Source: Eledone cirrhosa
Lineage: Eukaryota
Length of the DNA stretch: 64,000 bases
Assembly (NCBI GenBank): GCA_964016885.1
Contig: OZ024740.1
Location: 31,496,001 to 31,560,000, forward strand
Reading direction: 5' to 3'
The position numbers and the translations under genes are program-made. Numbering within the stretch: position 1 is the first letter of the stretch; each line of letters starts with the position of its first letter. Positions 13,601 through 28,600 of this stretch are shown one piece after another. Under the pieces are notes generated by a model that saw only the letters and a program-made list of their open reading frames with translations, made no database searches and was not told where the DNA came from.

Positions 13601-16600
13601 GTAAACTGGAGCAACGTGAAATAAATTGTCTTGCTCAAGGAAACAACACATCACCCTGTCCAAGAATTGAACTCACAACCTTTCGATTGCAAGCCCAATG
13701 CTCTAACCACTAAGCCATACGCCTTCACTGTAGTAGGCATAGATACTTTCTATTTAACTTAAGATATAGACATTTATTATTCTATATTTATTTCACCTGT
13801 GTATGAAAAATAAATTGTTTATTATTTTATCTAAACCTGGACCATGTCACAGAATTTGTCATACTTTTCTTGTATAAGATATGATGGTCAAAACAGACCA
13901 CCTCTCATTCTATGTCCAGCTCATTGTTTTACGCTCAGAGAGCCAGGAGAAGATTTGTTGAAATGTTGATATAGAATCTTTACTTAGAATATGTAATACC
14001 AATGTTATCCCCAATTTTATAAAACTGAGCTGGCTGAAGTGAGAAGTGATTAAATTCACAATATCCACATTCAGGGTCACTAACATTGGTGAGTGTTTCT
14101 TATGATTGAGGATTTGGGTTCAACTCCTACATTGGTATAGGTGTAGAGAGATGTGGTCTGCCAGACCAAGTTTCCCTAGATATGCTACAAGAAATACTTT
14201 CAGTGACACCTACACTTACACAAATCTAGGGCATTATGTCTAAATAAAAAAGATATTCTTTCATTTCTAATATATTCTAAAGCATTTTTTTTTTTTTGTT
14301 AGCAAGCTTTCATTGTATTACCCAAACTGAAAAGTGGATTGTCCCTATTTATAATTTACTCCTCAAAAATATGATGTCAACAAAAGTTCAGGTGAGAACA
14401 TATTGTCTATTTCATAATTCAGTTTTTCTTTCTCTTCTCTTGGTTTCAATTTTTCAGAAAAGTTTCATCATCATCAATGCTAATAAAAACAATAACAATA
14501 AGTTTTGATTTCTAATTTTGGCACAGGGCCAGCAATTTATGGGTAGGGGGAAAGTCAGTTATATCAACTCCAGTACTTGACAAGTAATTTATTTTATCAA
14601 CCCTAGAAGGATGAACGGCAAAGTTGGTCTCAGTGGGATTTGAACTCAGAACATAAAGAGCCATAACTAAATGACACATGGCACTTTGTCCAATGCACTA
14701 ATGATTCTGACAATTTGTCACCCTCAATAATGATAAATAATAATTGTTTCTACTTTTGGCACAGGGCCAGCAATTATCCCAGTGCATTACAGGTACTTTA
14801 TTTTATCGACTCCATAAGGATGAAAGGCAAAGTTAACCTCGGCGAGATTTGAACTCAGATTGTAAAGGCCCATAACTCCATGCTGCAAATCATGGCGTCT
14901 GACCTTCTAATGATACTGCCAATAATAATTACAACTCATACTAATAATGATTTCTTGCATTGGTATTAGAAAAGTGTATAGTGTTTTTTACATTTTATAT
15001 CTACCATCCAAGTGAGCTATAGCAGGATTTAAAGTCATAATGCAAAGAACCAGAATAAATACAGTAAAAAACTTATCTGATATTCTAACAATTTTGTCAC
15101 TCCACTGTCCTAGATTGGTACTATATTTTATTGGCCCCAGATAGATAAAGACAAAGTGGAGCTATGTGAGATTTGAACTTAGGAAGCAGAGGTCCAACAT
15201 AAATACTGTAAAGCATTTAATCCAATGCTCTGCCACCTTGCTGCTGATTAAATTGAGCCCAATATGTCACTTGGTCCCTTTGTAGAGCTCAACTGCTATA
15301 GGGTACTAAAATACAATAATAATTTATTGGCAATGACAAATAATCCGAAGAAGAAAGGAGGTAGGTGTAAAAGCCAAACTCCCTCTCTTCAATTCAGAGT
15401 TCGTGCCAACCCTTACCTATTGTCATGAATCTTGAGTATTGACCAAAAGAATACATTCATGACTACAAGTGGTCGAAATGGAGTCATTCCAGATAGAGCT
15501 GCTACTTCTCTGAATTGAGAGATCACAGCTCTGATACAAGTGGAAAGAATCACTGGACAGATTTTGTGAGCAAGCTTGGAAAAACGGCGTAAAAATAAAG
15601 ATGATGTTTCTACTTTTGGCACAAGGCCAAAAATTACTCAGTACATTACTGGTACTTTATTTTATTGACCCCGTAAGGATGAAAGGCAAAGTTAACCTCG
15701 GCAGGATTTGAAATCAGACCATAAAGGGACATAACTGTGCTACAAAGCATGGCATCCAACCCTCTACTGATACTGCAATCCACCACCCTATGATGATGTT
15801 AATGATGAAAGAGAACCAGAAAACTTAAAACTGCTTTTAAGTACATTTCTTTCTTTATTTGCATAATAAACTCTTCTATGTCTAAAGACATGTCCTTGAT
15901 GAAGATTATTATTTAAGTTGAGCCTATCACAATGCACTATTTTATTGATTTTATTAATTCTTAACATCCTATTATGATTTAGTAGAAAATATCTAAAAGT
16001 GGATTTGGTTTGTTAATTCAGATGTTTATAGTATCTTTATTAGGGGACAGATTGTTGTGAAAATTTATTGTATTAGAATAAATATTTTAATTTTTAATGG
16101 GATGCAATCATAGTGTTTTTTTTGTATTTTTTTCAAGAATGTTTTGTTAATGTGGTTCCACAGGATGTTAAGAGTTTAGAGAAATTAATTAAGACTGTAA
16201 TTTTATTTTGTCACAGATTGTAGGTTTTGAAACTGTAATTGAAATACTGAAAAATTATCCAGAGTTTATTAACTTTATAGGAGAAGATTCCTCAAATAAC
16301 CAGTAAGTTAGTGCTTTGAATGTTTCTTATTGATATAACTTTAGTAATGTTTTTGTTTTGTTTTGTTTTAAATCTGTTTTTACATGATTTAAGACTATTT
16401 ATTGCTAATTATGACTAAAGGTTCTCATAAAAGACTTTTAACATTTAGTCAGAGAGAGAGAAAGGTAGTACCTATAATCCTTTATTATTTTCCGAGATTA
16501 ATGTGAGGAAGTTTTCAAACTGGAGATCTGGTCCTAATGCTTACTACCAAATGAATTCTGCTAAGGGCATTCAAGGACCAGGTAGAGGATGTTAAACTGG

Positions 16601-19600
16601 GCAACAGATTAAGTCAACTCCCTTGTTGGATGCTTTGGTTTTGGTTTTGGACAACTCTTTACATTGTCATGAAGTCTTTGCTTGTAAGGGGTGATTTGTA
16701 TAAGTCTCTGCATACACCACCATTCAGTTCGTTATCTAAAATATATTCAACCCCCAAAAGAGTTAGCACAACTGAAAGTCTTCTTAAGTTCAAATGTCAG
16801 TGTTATTTGAAAAAAAATAGTACTACATACTGCAATGTCCTTGTTCATTAATGGTATAATGAGACACAAGTTATTTTGTCATGTCAGGAGGTTTAGGGCT
16901 TCATTGAATATCAGAACTAAGTTGGCCACCTGCAGGAGAGAGACACACTAGTTTGAATGGCTCTTTCAGCATGTCTGCCTTGCTATCTTCTGGGTTAATG
17001 CTTCCTCTATTCGGTCTGCTGGGATCTTGAGGCGGCATGCAGTTGGTAGAAGTGATGAATGGAGTGGGGGTGGGTGGTGCGTGACAACCTTGCTTTGATA
17101 GGTTCATGCTGCTAACATTGACCACTTCATACACACATACATGTATAACATATACTTGAAACCCTCAGATTTATAGTAGATAGATGACAATCCAGCACAA
17201 ACTAAAGATAACATTAATTTAATAACTATTTTAGAGTACATTGTAAATTTGCTGAATATTTTCTTAGATCATATATTTAGAATTTAATACAACTTTGCTG
17301 AGGTATGAATAGGAGTATTTTGATGATCAATAAGCAGAAGGACAACTTAGTCTTTCATTCTTTTGGAATCAGTAAAATAAAGTACCAGTCAAAGATGGTA
17401 GATTGGTGAAATTGTTAGAGCATTGAATGAGTTACTAAGCAGTTTTTGTTCTGGGTCATTAATACCATAGTATGTGTGTGTTTGTGTATGTGTGTATGTG
17501 AATATGTGTGTATGTGTGTATGTGTTCGTATGAGGAGGAGAATGATTGTATAGCAAATTAGTTCGAACGTATGTTTGTAATTCGGTAGATCATGCATATA
17601 TGATCGCCTGCTCGTGTATTCTGAATTTTTAATAACCTTTCTTAATATCACAACTCGAGCATTCAGAACATTAGTTATAGTTGTTGGTAGTGGAAGGTTT
17701 TGCTACATTCCTTCAAGTCTAGTGTATAAAAGACTGATAACATGACAAGTCAGTCAATCCTATTGGTGGCCTCCCCACAGCCTCGGCGGACAGAATATAG
17801 AAGGCATTTCCCTGGAGGACGGCAAGGGAGACGCGCTGCAAAAGCCATTCCAACTCGCGAGGCTCACACCGGTGGCTGGCCAGCTCAGCACCTATGGTGG
17901 TGAGTAGGGAGGTAGCCCTAGGGCTGAGGACACCAGAAGACTCCACTGCCAAGGGTACAACCGCAAACCTGTCGGAGAGCGACCGGTTCATTGTGTTCTG
18001 AGTTAAAATCACACTACGAGCTATTTGGATGGTAGACTTTAATATTCACTTGGCTTAAAACCACCACCTGGTCATTGGTTGCCTTTAGTAGAGTTAACTT
18101 TGTTGTAAGCATTTAGGACTAGTATCCAGTTTGAGGACACCTTCCTCTTTTCTTTCCACCAGCCTTGGTGACTCTGAAAAGAGTAAAATGTTGAGGGCAC
18201 TTCTCATTTCTCCTTAACTAAACAGTGAAAAAAAAAGACTTGAAAATCTCAACCAAAAATATTCTTAGGAAAAGCAAAACTCAGTTAAAGCTATTTAGCA
18301 GTTCAATGTCTTAAGATTTGAAAATAAAGTAAGTCTGGAATACTGAGTTAAATTTTTGATTTTTCCTAAATATTTATTGAATGATTTTTAAGCCATATCA
18401 CCAACTTTTATCTCATTATACCTAGCTGTTAAAGTGTTGGTCTCATAAATGTAAGGTCATATATTTGATCCCTGGATCAGATGATGTGTTGTGTACTTGA
18501 GTAAGGCACTTCATGTTCCCATTGATTTAGTCCACTCAGTTTAAAAATGAGTTACTGTAGCAGCTGGACAAATGTCATGTCCAAAATTGTACTCTGTTGT
18601 TTAACCCTTTAGCATTACATTACTCTATATTTATTATTGTATTTCGTGGTAAAGGCTTTATTTCACATAATTATCTCACATAATATTAAATCTATGATAT
18701 TATTTATTTTGAGAACAATACCTTAACATCAACATGAGTGGCCAGTTACAGCCAGTTTAAACAGAAAAAGATGAGAGTATTCTAGCCGGATACAGCTGGT
18801 TTAAATGCTAAAGGGTTAAAGCAGAATAAGCTCAGATCTGATGAGCCTCTAGACTCAACAAAGGAAGATACCATTGATCGAGAACATTTCAGTAGTATCT
18901 TTCAAACCTGATTTCTTTATTTTCTTTAAAAAAAAAAACATCACAGCATTTAAATTAATAAAACTACATTTAAATATGAGGATCAGCTGAAAAGCTTATA
19001 GGCTGACCAAGATAGTCTCATGGAATCACTAAATGAGGTTTATTTTTCAACATAATCCCTGGAAAGAAAAAAATGCAGTTATTAATGAGAAGAGTTGAAA
19101 TTAATGCATGAAAGATTTTACAGCTCTAGCATCAATCCTTCATAAGCCGACCCTTGTAAATTTATTTTTCTCTTTATTCTGCATTGTTATGACTTTCAGC
19201 CATACTCTGCAAGTGTTTAACATATATGGCAATGGCAAATCTAAATAAAATCAATTAGAGACCAACCATTAATCAGTTATATTCAGTTAAAACAGAGTTT
19301 AATCTTCACAGGTATCCAATTCATATATTATGTCTGGGAACGCTGCTGCAACAAAATGATGACAGCAATGTTTATGTATCAGCTTGTGATGCTATTTATT
19401 GGTTGGCAGCTGGAAATCGTAAGATCCTGTTTATTTATATTGTTTGAAAACTTATTATAATTATACATGTGTGTCTTTGTGTATGTATGTGTATACCTAT
19501 GTAATTATATGTGTAGATAAATTGTGTGATAGTAGAAATTTTGCAGGCATGTTCATTTAATGGGCATTTAAAGATATTATGCACAAAATGTTCACGTGAG

Positions 19601-22600
19601 AGATCACTATCATCATCATTACCATCAGTTTTATGTTCATTTTACTATGCTTGTGTGGAGTAGATGAGTCCTTTCCTGTACAGCATTCCTCCATTTGTCT
19701 TTTTCCTTTTTCCATCTCCTCTGTAAAGTTCAACATCCTGAGATCCAACTTCACAGCCTCAACCCATGTCTTCCTCACCCTACCTCTATCACACAATTTC
19801 TTTCTACATGGAAATCCTTGTACTACACTGATATTTCAAGTAATTATGTAAAGATGTTCACTGGACGAATATCTAAAGAACTTGTGTACCAATATGTACT
19901 TAATGGGTAACCAGAGTTTATTCCAACTGATATCTAACAAATATACTGATTTCTTTAGAGAAGTAAGACTGTTCCGATGATATCCATGTCTTTCTTTCCC
20001 AACTATGTTCACAGTGTGAGTTGAAATGGTTACAATGAGGATTAAAAGAAAATATATCACAGTTTCATTTCACTTGTAACATACCTCCTGCTCCATAGAG
20101 CTCACTGCCCAAATTATAGATATATTAACATATTTTACTAGATACAAGACTTTAAAGATAAATGGAAACACTTTAAAATATACAGCTGTGTATCTTAGAA
20201 ACCAAGGTGGTTTCAGATGGGTTTGTATCAAAAGGATTAAATGAAAATCATTTAACAATATTCAACATTTTTCTTAAAAACATTGGTTTTATCTTTACCA
20301 CTTTTTTTTTTACTAGATCGCATTTCAGAACTTTTTATGCTGAAGAATACTTATTTGCAAATCTTAGAAATAATACAGAATTACCAAACCAATGCTGTTG
20401 TGGTAGGTTCAAGCTGCAGAGCTCTGCGAGCACTCTGTTTGTTCAGGTATGTTAAATATATGTCTATTTATCTTATCTACTGTGTGTATCTCAATAACTT
20501 TTGGCATCTTTTGTAACTACTGTGGTTCTGTAGCATGGACCTCCAGATTGTGTGTACTGATACCACTCTTCAATGCCAGATCCAGAACATCTTTTGGACT
20601 TTTTGAAGATCAGCTAAATGTTTAACATAATACTCAAAGATAATTAAAAGTCATGGTTGGCTGAGTTAATAAAGCTTTAACTTTTCAACATCAATTTTTT
20701 CCTATTACATTACTGATACTAAGTTTATTTTAATTGCTTATTGGAGGGTGGGGGCTGCCCATGACCTTTTTCAGGGACCCAAGACTGATGGGAAGGAGGT
20801 ATGTTTAAACTTGATATCTAACCTGAATGTTTGCAACAGGTTAGACACTGCAAAAACCACCCAAGCGGGTGGTTTTAAACTGAGCATTGTTTAGGGTTAC
20901 CCAAATAGGCCATGGCAGGATTAATGCAAAGGGCCAGAAGAAATGCAGTAAGGCACACCATCCAATATACCATCCAATGCTGTAATGATATTGTCCACCC
21001 ACTGCCTTAGATATCGCTTATATTTCACATACATATTGTTCACATACATACACCACACATGCACACATAGCAGTTGTTTCCCATTCCTATTTTACAGAAG
21101 AAACTAATAATCGTCCTTTTTTTACAGAAATCAAACCCTAGCATTGAGTGTGCTGAACATGGTTTATGCCCGGATTAACGGCAATCAAATAAGCCAATAT
21201 ATATATATATAATGATAGGACAAGGGACCCCTATTATTAAAACACCCTAGAAACTTTCCTATGAGCAGTGACAGATTATGTGGGGAGGAGGACTGATTGG
21301 GCTGTAGCCCGAAGTCCACATGATTTCAATCTATCAAGTTCTCATAACTGGTGCAGCCAGTTGTTGAGGTGCCGCACTAGACATATTAATATGTGTCCAC
21401 CATAGCATTTCAATGTGCCTTTAAAATGTTTGGCAGTGCCCATCTCCTCTTTGAGCATCCAGTCCCTCATTAAATTTAGTCAGCCATAATAAGCTGTTAC
21501 CAGTGTGTGGCTGAAAAATGTCCTTGAGTCAGTGAGTGTCAGGTGCATCCATGCATCCCTAAGGATTCTGCTTCCAAACATCAAAGTATTCTTTCTAGCT
21601 AACACCACTGTTTCAAAATAATGTTTCTTCAAATCTTGGATAATGGTGTGCCTGATATGACAATAATGTTTCTTCAAATCATTTCACATTATTTCCAAAG
21701 GAACATTAGATAACACTATGTCCAATATTTAAAGCACCCAAAATTATTTTTTGTTACTATAAATAATATGTACTTAAGTGAATATCATGATAAGGAAGGA
21801 GACGAAAATATGCCCACTTTTGCTATTTGCAAATATTAATTAGTAATGATTGATTTATGCTTGGCAAGGATCCTGTTAAAATTTTCAGCCCGAGGTCCCC
21901 ATGCAATTTTAACTCACCCTTGTCTATATGATGGGACAGTCATATGGAACTAACATACAAATTATCATCATCATAATCAACATCATCATCATCCATATTG
22001 CATATTAGCCCTTTTTTTGTAGCATGAGTTGGATGGGTCTCACATCACCTCTCCACTCATTGCTCTCCTCTTTCATCTAGCTTACACAGCAACAGAAGAA
22101 ACCAGAGAAAACCAATCAACTTTGTTATTTTATACATCAGCCTGATGAAATAACCTTTCATTAACTCTCTTCTATTTCAGTTCTCATAAAGAAAGATTTG
22201 AGATTACTAACCACAGATATATAAAGGAAATATTTGAAAACATGTTTACATCATTTATCGACAACCCTGCCATTTTGATGGAAGCAATGTGTGTCCTGGC
22301 CAACCTTTTGGAATGCAGTAGGTTTAATTTAGTTGTTACTGTATCATATCATTAAATTGCAATGAATCCATGGATGAAAAGCTGCATGCTTATCAGCAAA
22401 AAATCATGCATGGCTATGTTGCCAGAAAGCTTCAAAGTGAGAGTAATATACAAGGTGTCCCAAAAAATGTATGCACACTTCAACACCATTCTAATAAAAG
22501 TGTGTATACTGTTTTGGGGACACCCTGTAGTAGTCTATCTCGGATTAACACCAAATATATTGGCTCTCACTTTGAAGAATATGCTTTTGCAATCCAAGAA

Positions 22601-25600
22601 CAGGAAATAACTACAAAATAATTAATGCACAAACAAGATAGAGATGCAGGCAAAATTCCTAGATATGGCAACAGATGTGGACTCTGCAGAATAAATATCG
22701 AAGATGTCACCTATATCATAAGCAGCTGTCCAAAGATATCATCGCAGTACTATCTACCTATGAGGCATGATGTAGTGACCAAAACACTATACCATGCAAT
22801 CCATAGAAAGTATAGCCCTGAGAATAAACATATAAAAAGTTACAGTGATGTGTAGGGCATATGCATACATAATATAAAAGAGTACTGGTGGAATGTTCAG
22901 TGAAATTCCCAACAAAATGCAAGCATAACTACAGTGTGGGCTGCACTTCTCTGACCATTCCATCTTTCAGTATTCTAGCATTTTCTGCAGTCTTGTCTTT
23001 CCAAACTTATACTCTTCTACAATGGATTTAAATGGCAACTTCAATTTAGCCTATTGGCAGTACAGAGCTACATTAGTCAGCCCTGGGGTACACCAAGCCA
23101 CTTTCTGGTGAATTTACTAATTTTCTTTTCCATTGCCTCAATTTTGCTCGTGGTAATCTGATATATAAGGAGAGGACATAGCAGCATTGGTACAAGCATG
23201 TGCTGGATGTAGCACACATTGTATTTCCCTAGCAATGGCAATTTTCTTAAGAACTTTGGCTGTTAGATGTCTCACTTGTTTGGTGTCTTTCAAGGAATCC
23301 TCATACCATCGCCCCACACTCTCCACTGGCTCTTCTAACACTGTTGTGATTCTTTGGCTGCTTACATCAAAGCTGCTTTCTTGGCTTACTTTTCCTTTCC
23401 TCGGACAGATGCTTCTGGACCTCTTTAGTTTGAAAGTCACCAGACACCAGGTCATAAGGTCAAGTTGCCTGAGTAAACTCCGCATCTCTGACTCTTTGGA
23501 TGTCAGGGAAGTGACTTAAAGCATAGGCTAAAAAAAATCTCAATCAATATTGAGATTTCTTTTAGCCTATGCTTTTGTTGCTACCACCACTACCACCGCC
23601 ACTACTACTCTCTCTCTCTATTGCACACACTTTTACCATTCTGTTTCCATAGAGTGATTGACAATTTACCCCATATATAATCTAATGTTAGCACTTTAAT
23701 ACAACAGATAAGGCAGTTCTATTAATATGTGGGGACACTGCTATTAATAGCAGTTATAACACCTTTTTCAATTTTACTCTTAACCTTTATTGTCATCTTA
23801 ATAAATACAATCTTGTATATTGGAACATGCTACTATGTCTGTTTGCTTTTTTGTTTCTTTTCCCCAGATTCTGAGGTTCTGTCCACAATAATTCATGATA
23901 GTTTTTACAATATCATAAGTGCATTGAAACAATTTTCAGACTATGTTTTAGTCCAAGAATCAGCATTAGAGGTTTTAACTGTAGCCTCTCAGTGTGGTAA
24001 GCAATCTTTGTGTATGTTTTTTTAATTTTTTTTTATCCCCATTGTTTGACATTTTGAAATATCTACCATGGTTTTTTCAGTATGGGTTGTAGATAGGATA
24101 CTAAATAAACTTGACTACTTCCTAATTTTTAGTGTTGTTCTTTACATTGTTTATTGCATATGTGAACATGTTAGAGTATATAGTATATATATTTATGCAA
24201 TAGTTAATTGTGAATATATGACTTGGTGGGGCTCAAGCAGCCCCCTTGTGCTTCCACACAGTTAGCCTAGAGATCGTTCCACTTTTTGAAGTATGTCTGC
24301 TTGATGTTCTCTTGGGCTCTCAAAGTGGGAGTCTTTCAGTGGTATCTTTATTTTTGGGAACAACCAGAAATCAGAAGGAACCATGTTTAGAGAATAGGGA
24401 ACCTGACTTATGAGTGAAATAGTTTTCTTTACCAAGAGACCTTAGATCAACTGTGATGAATGAGGTAGGGCATTGCACTGATGATGCTTCCAGTTTTGCA
24501 AAGCCCATATATCTGGTCTCTCACACAAAACTGCATCATGAAGACTCCTTTGTAACTGTTTGTTCTTCTGATATGTATTCATGACGCACACAATGGCTCA
24601 GGAGTTGAAGAAAACAGTCACCATCATCTTGATTTTTCTCTGCACCTGACATACTTTTTTGTGGCCTTACCAATGTTGGATGCTTCCACTGTGATTGCTG
24701 AGCTTTGGTTTCTCTGTCGTACCCATACACCCACATCTCATCTCCAATTATCACAGTATTCAGGAACTTAAGATCCTTGTTGACAGTAACCAGCAGGTCA
24801 TGCACAACCTCAAGTTGAAGTTGTTGCTCCCAAGAAAGCAGCTTAGACACAAAATACACTGCCACTCTGCACATGCCCACCAAATTCTCCTTTAAAATTG
24901 CATGTGCACAATCTTTACAGATCCCAACCTCATCACCAATTTCCCCACACTGTCAATCCACAATCCTCCATTATGAAGGCCTGCAATTTCTCAATAACAA
25001 CTGCATCATAGCTTATTGACAGCTTCTCAGAATGCTGGTTACTCTCTACTGATGTGCAGCAATCTTTCAACCAGTTGTACTATTTCACCAAAAGCTTGTT
25101 GAATATTGCGAATTGTTTCTGCTCGGAAGTCTCCAAACCTTTGGCAAAACCTGATGCAATATTGCTGCTCCACATGTTCTGTCATCATGAGTGAAATGAA
25201 AATATGATGAGTAAGTAGTACAGCACCCTACATGTTAGCTGCCTGATAATAATTGACACATCCAATGAACTCACCAAAAATCCCTTATTATTTTTTCCAC
25301 TTTCTCCCTCACATTTTTTATGTCTTTTTACTCTCATCAGCAAAATTATATTTGGAAACATGAACTATAATAAAATGAATTTCTCTAACATGGCCATACC
25401 TGTATGATGTAAAGTAACTAATAAAATTATTAAATAGCTTCAATTAATTAGCTAATTCATTAAAATGCAATTGAGTTTTCTATACAAATTTTACTTTTTA
25501 TATTTTCTTTAGCATGTGTTCGTTCACATTTACAAGAAGAAAAGATTGTGGAATTGTTTGTTGATATTATGTCAAAATTTGCTGAGAATCTCTGTAAGTA

Positions 25601-28600
25601 TTTATATTATAATATGTTTTTCATTAATATTGAGTAGTCTTCTTACTTTTCTTCTTCTTCCTCTATCTCCATCTCCTCTTCCTCACCACCACCACTGCCA
25701 CCACCACCACCACCACTGCCACCGCCACCACCACCACCATCACCACCATTATCATTTAAAGTTTGTTTACCCTGCTAACAAGAGTTTGACTATTGATTAT
25801 ATTTATAATTTGATACATAAGTTTTGAATTAATTATTAATGTACTGGGTAATTGCTGGCCTTGTGCCAAACGTAGAAACAATTATAAGGTGTATCAGCTA
25901 CGACTGTCCATCTTTGTTTCTGGACATAATATCTTTTGGTCTATGTCATTCAATGTATCCTAGGTAGGGTGAAATTTAAAAGAGGTTTGGATGCTATTTC
26001 TAGCAAATGAGCGTCACACACAGGTTTCTTTACTCTCTACAGTTTGATTGTATGTTGAACCTATCTGACTTCAGGGTCGGACGCCATGCTTTGATGCATA
26101 GAGTTAACTTTGCCTTTCATCCTTATGGGGGTCGATAAAATAAAGTACCAGTAATGCACTGGGTAATTGCTGGCCTTGTGCCAAAAGTAGAAACAATTAT
26201 TGAAGTTTGCGATAGCGAGGCTGAATATCCAATTATTTCAAAATTTGTAAAAGGGATTATAAACAAATTTTTTTCTCTTCTAATCAATTAATATGGAACT
26301 TTAATTTGATAAAACATGTAGAAAATAAGAATAAAAATTAGTTGGAAAGGGAAAATAAAAAAAAAATAAAGACATGCGCACTTCCTCAATTACATGCTAC
26401 AAAAACAAATGTTGGTGTTGCCCCCTGAAAAATTTTGAGACAGCCCAAAACACATAGTCTCACTGTGGGTGATAGAGATGCTGAGTTGCTAGAATAGCCA
26501 AGCACCCTTACCAGCATCACCTGATAACTTCAGTACAATGAGCTACCAACAATGACCAGAACTTCATTGTCAGTGACCCAGCTACCAAAAATGCCTTGAA
26601 TGCTACAAGCTGAATTCACTGACAAATTATGGTGTTTCAGTACATTTTTAATCAGTGCACTTAAAATGACCTTTTGTTCAGCTAATGAAAACCTTGTTTC
26701 ATTTAATCAAATCAGCATCTGGTCATATTTTAATGAATTTTACTGTTTCAAATACAATCCATGTATTTCTAAAGCCAATGCAATATTGATTCCTAATTTA
26801 GATACAAGGCCATAAAATTTGGGGGAGGGGAACTTAAGGAGAAGAGAAAGTCAATTATATTAACCCCAGTATTTGACTGGTATTTTATTTTATTGACTCT
26901 GGAAAGATAAAAGGCAAAGTTGAGCTCAGAAAAAATGGATGTTAAACAATGATGATGATGATGATGATGTTGATGAATGTAAAGAGCCAGAACAAATACT
27001 GCAATGACATTTTAACTGACATTCTACATATTGGCTCTAGTGTAATATTAAGAACTAGAATTATTTGTAGTATTGACTAGGTATGTTGCCAATTTTCAAA
27101 GAGGAACCCACACTGTAAAGTGGTTGTGTAGGTGTCATGACAAAAAGCACCCAGTCCACACTGTAAAGTGGTTGTGTAGGTGTCATGACAAAAAGCACCC
27201 AGTCCACACTGTAAAGTGGTTGCGTAGGTGTCATGACAAAAAGCACCCAGTCCACACTGTAAAGTGGTTGTGTAGGTGTCATGACAAAAAGCACCCAGCA
27301 CACACTGTAAAGTGGTTGTGTAGGTGTTATGACTAAAAGGACCCAGTCCACACTGTAAAGTGGTTGTGTAGGTGTCATGACAAAAATCACCCAGTCCACA
27401 CTGTAAAGTGGTTGTGTAGGTGTCATGACAAAAAGCACCCAGCACACACTGTAAAGTGGTTGTGTAGGTGTCATGACAAAAAGCACCCAGCACACACTGT
27501 AAAGTGGTTGTGTAGGTGTCATGACTAAAAGCACCCAGCACACACTGAAAAGTGGTTGTGTAGGTGTCATGACTAAAAGCACCCAGTCCACACTGTAAAG
27601 TGGTTGTGTAGGTGTCATGACAAAAAGCACCCAGCACACACTGTAAAGTGGTTGTGTAGGTGTCATGACTAAAAGCACCCAGTCCACACTGTAAAGTGGT
27701 TGTGTAGGTGTCATGACTAAAAGCACCCAGCACACACTGTAAAGTGGTTGTGTAGGTGTCATGACTAAAAGCACCCAGTCCACACTGTAAAGTGGTTGTG
27801 TAGGTGTCATGACTAAAATCACCCAGTCCACACTGTAAAGTGGTTGTGTAGGTGTCATGACAAAAAGCACCCAGCACACACTGTAAAGTGGTTGTGTAGG
27901 TGTCATGACAAAAAGCACCCAGCACACACTGTAAAGTGGTTGTGTAGGTGTCATGACTAAAAGCACCCAGCACACACTGTAAAGTGGTTGTGTAGGTGTC
28001 ATGACTAAAAGCACCCAGTCCACACTGTAAAGTGGTTGTGTAGGTGTCATGACTAAAATCACCCAGTCCACACTGTAAAGTGGTTGTGTAGGTGTCATGA
28101 CAAAAAGCACCCAGCACACACTGTAAAGTGGTTGTGTAGGTGTCATGACAAAAAGCACCCAGCACACACTGTAAAGTGGTTGTGTAGGTGTCATGACTAA
28201 AAGCACCCAGTCCACACTGTAAAGTGGTTGTGTAGGTGTCATTACTAAAAGCACCTAGGACACACTGTAAAGTGGTTGTGTAGGTGTCATGACAAAAATC
28301 ACCCAGTCCACACTGTAAAGTGGTTGTGTAGGTGTCATGACAAAAAGCACCCAGCACACACTGTAAAGTGGTTGTGTAGGTGTCATGACTAAAAGCACCC
28401 AGCACACACTGTAAAGTGGTTGTGTAGGTGTCATGACTAAAAGCACCCAGTCCACACTGTAAAGTGGTTGTGTAGGTGTCATGACAAAAAGCACCCAGCA
28501 CACACTGTAAAGTGGTTGTGTAGGTGTCATGACAAAAAGCACCCAGTCCACACTGTAAAGTGGTTGTGTAGGTGTCATGACAAAAAGCACCCAGCACACA

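Noticed and set aside
27101-27105. gagga as target-site duplication of the array-bearing RTE (also after the tail near 49268)
   Set aside because: Only 5 bp and embedded in a gag/gat low-complexity tail; not distinguishable from chance.
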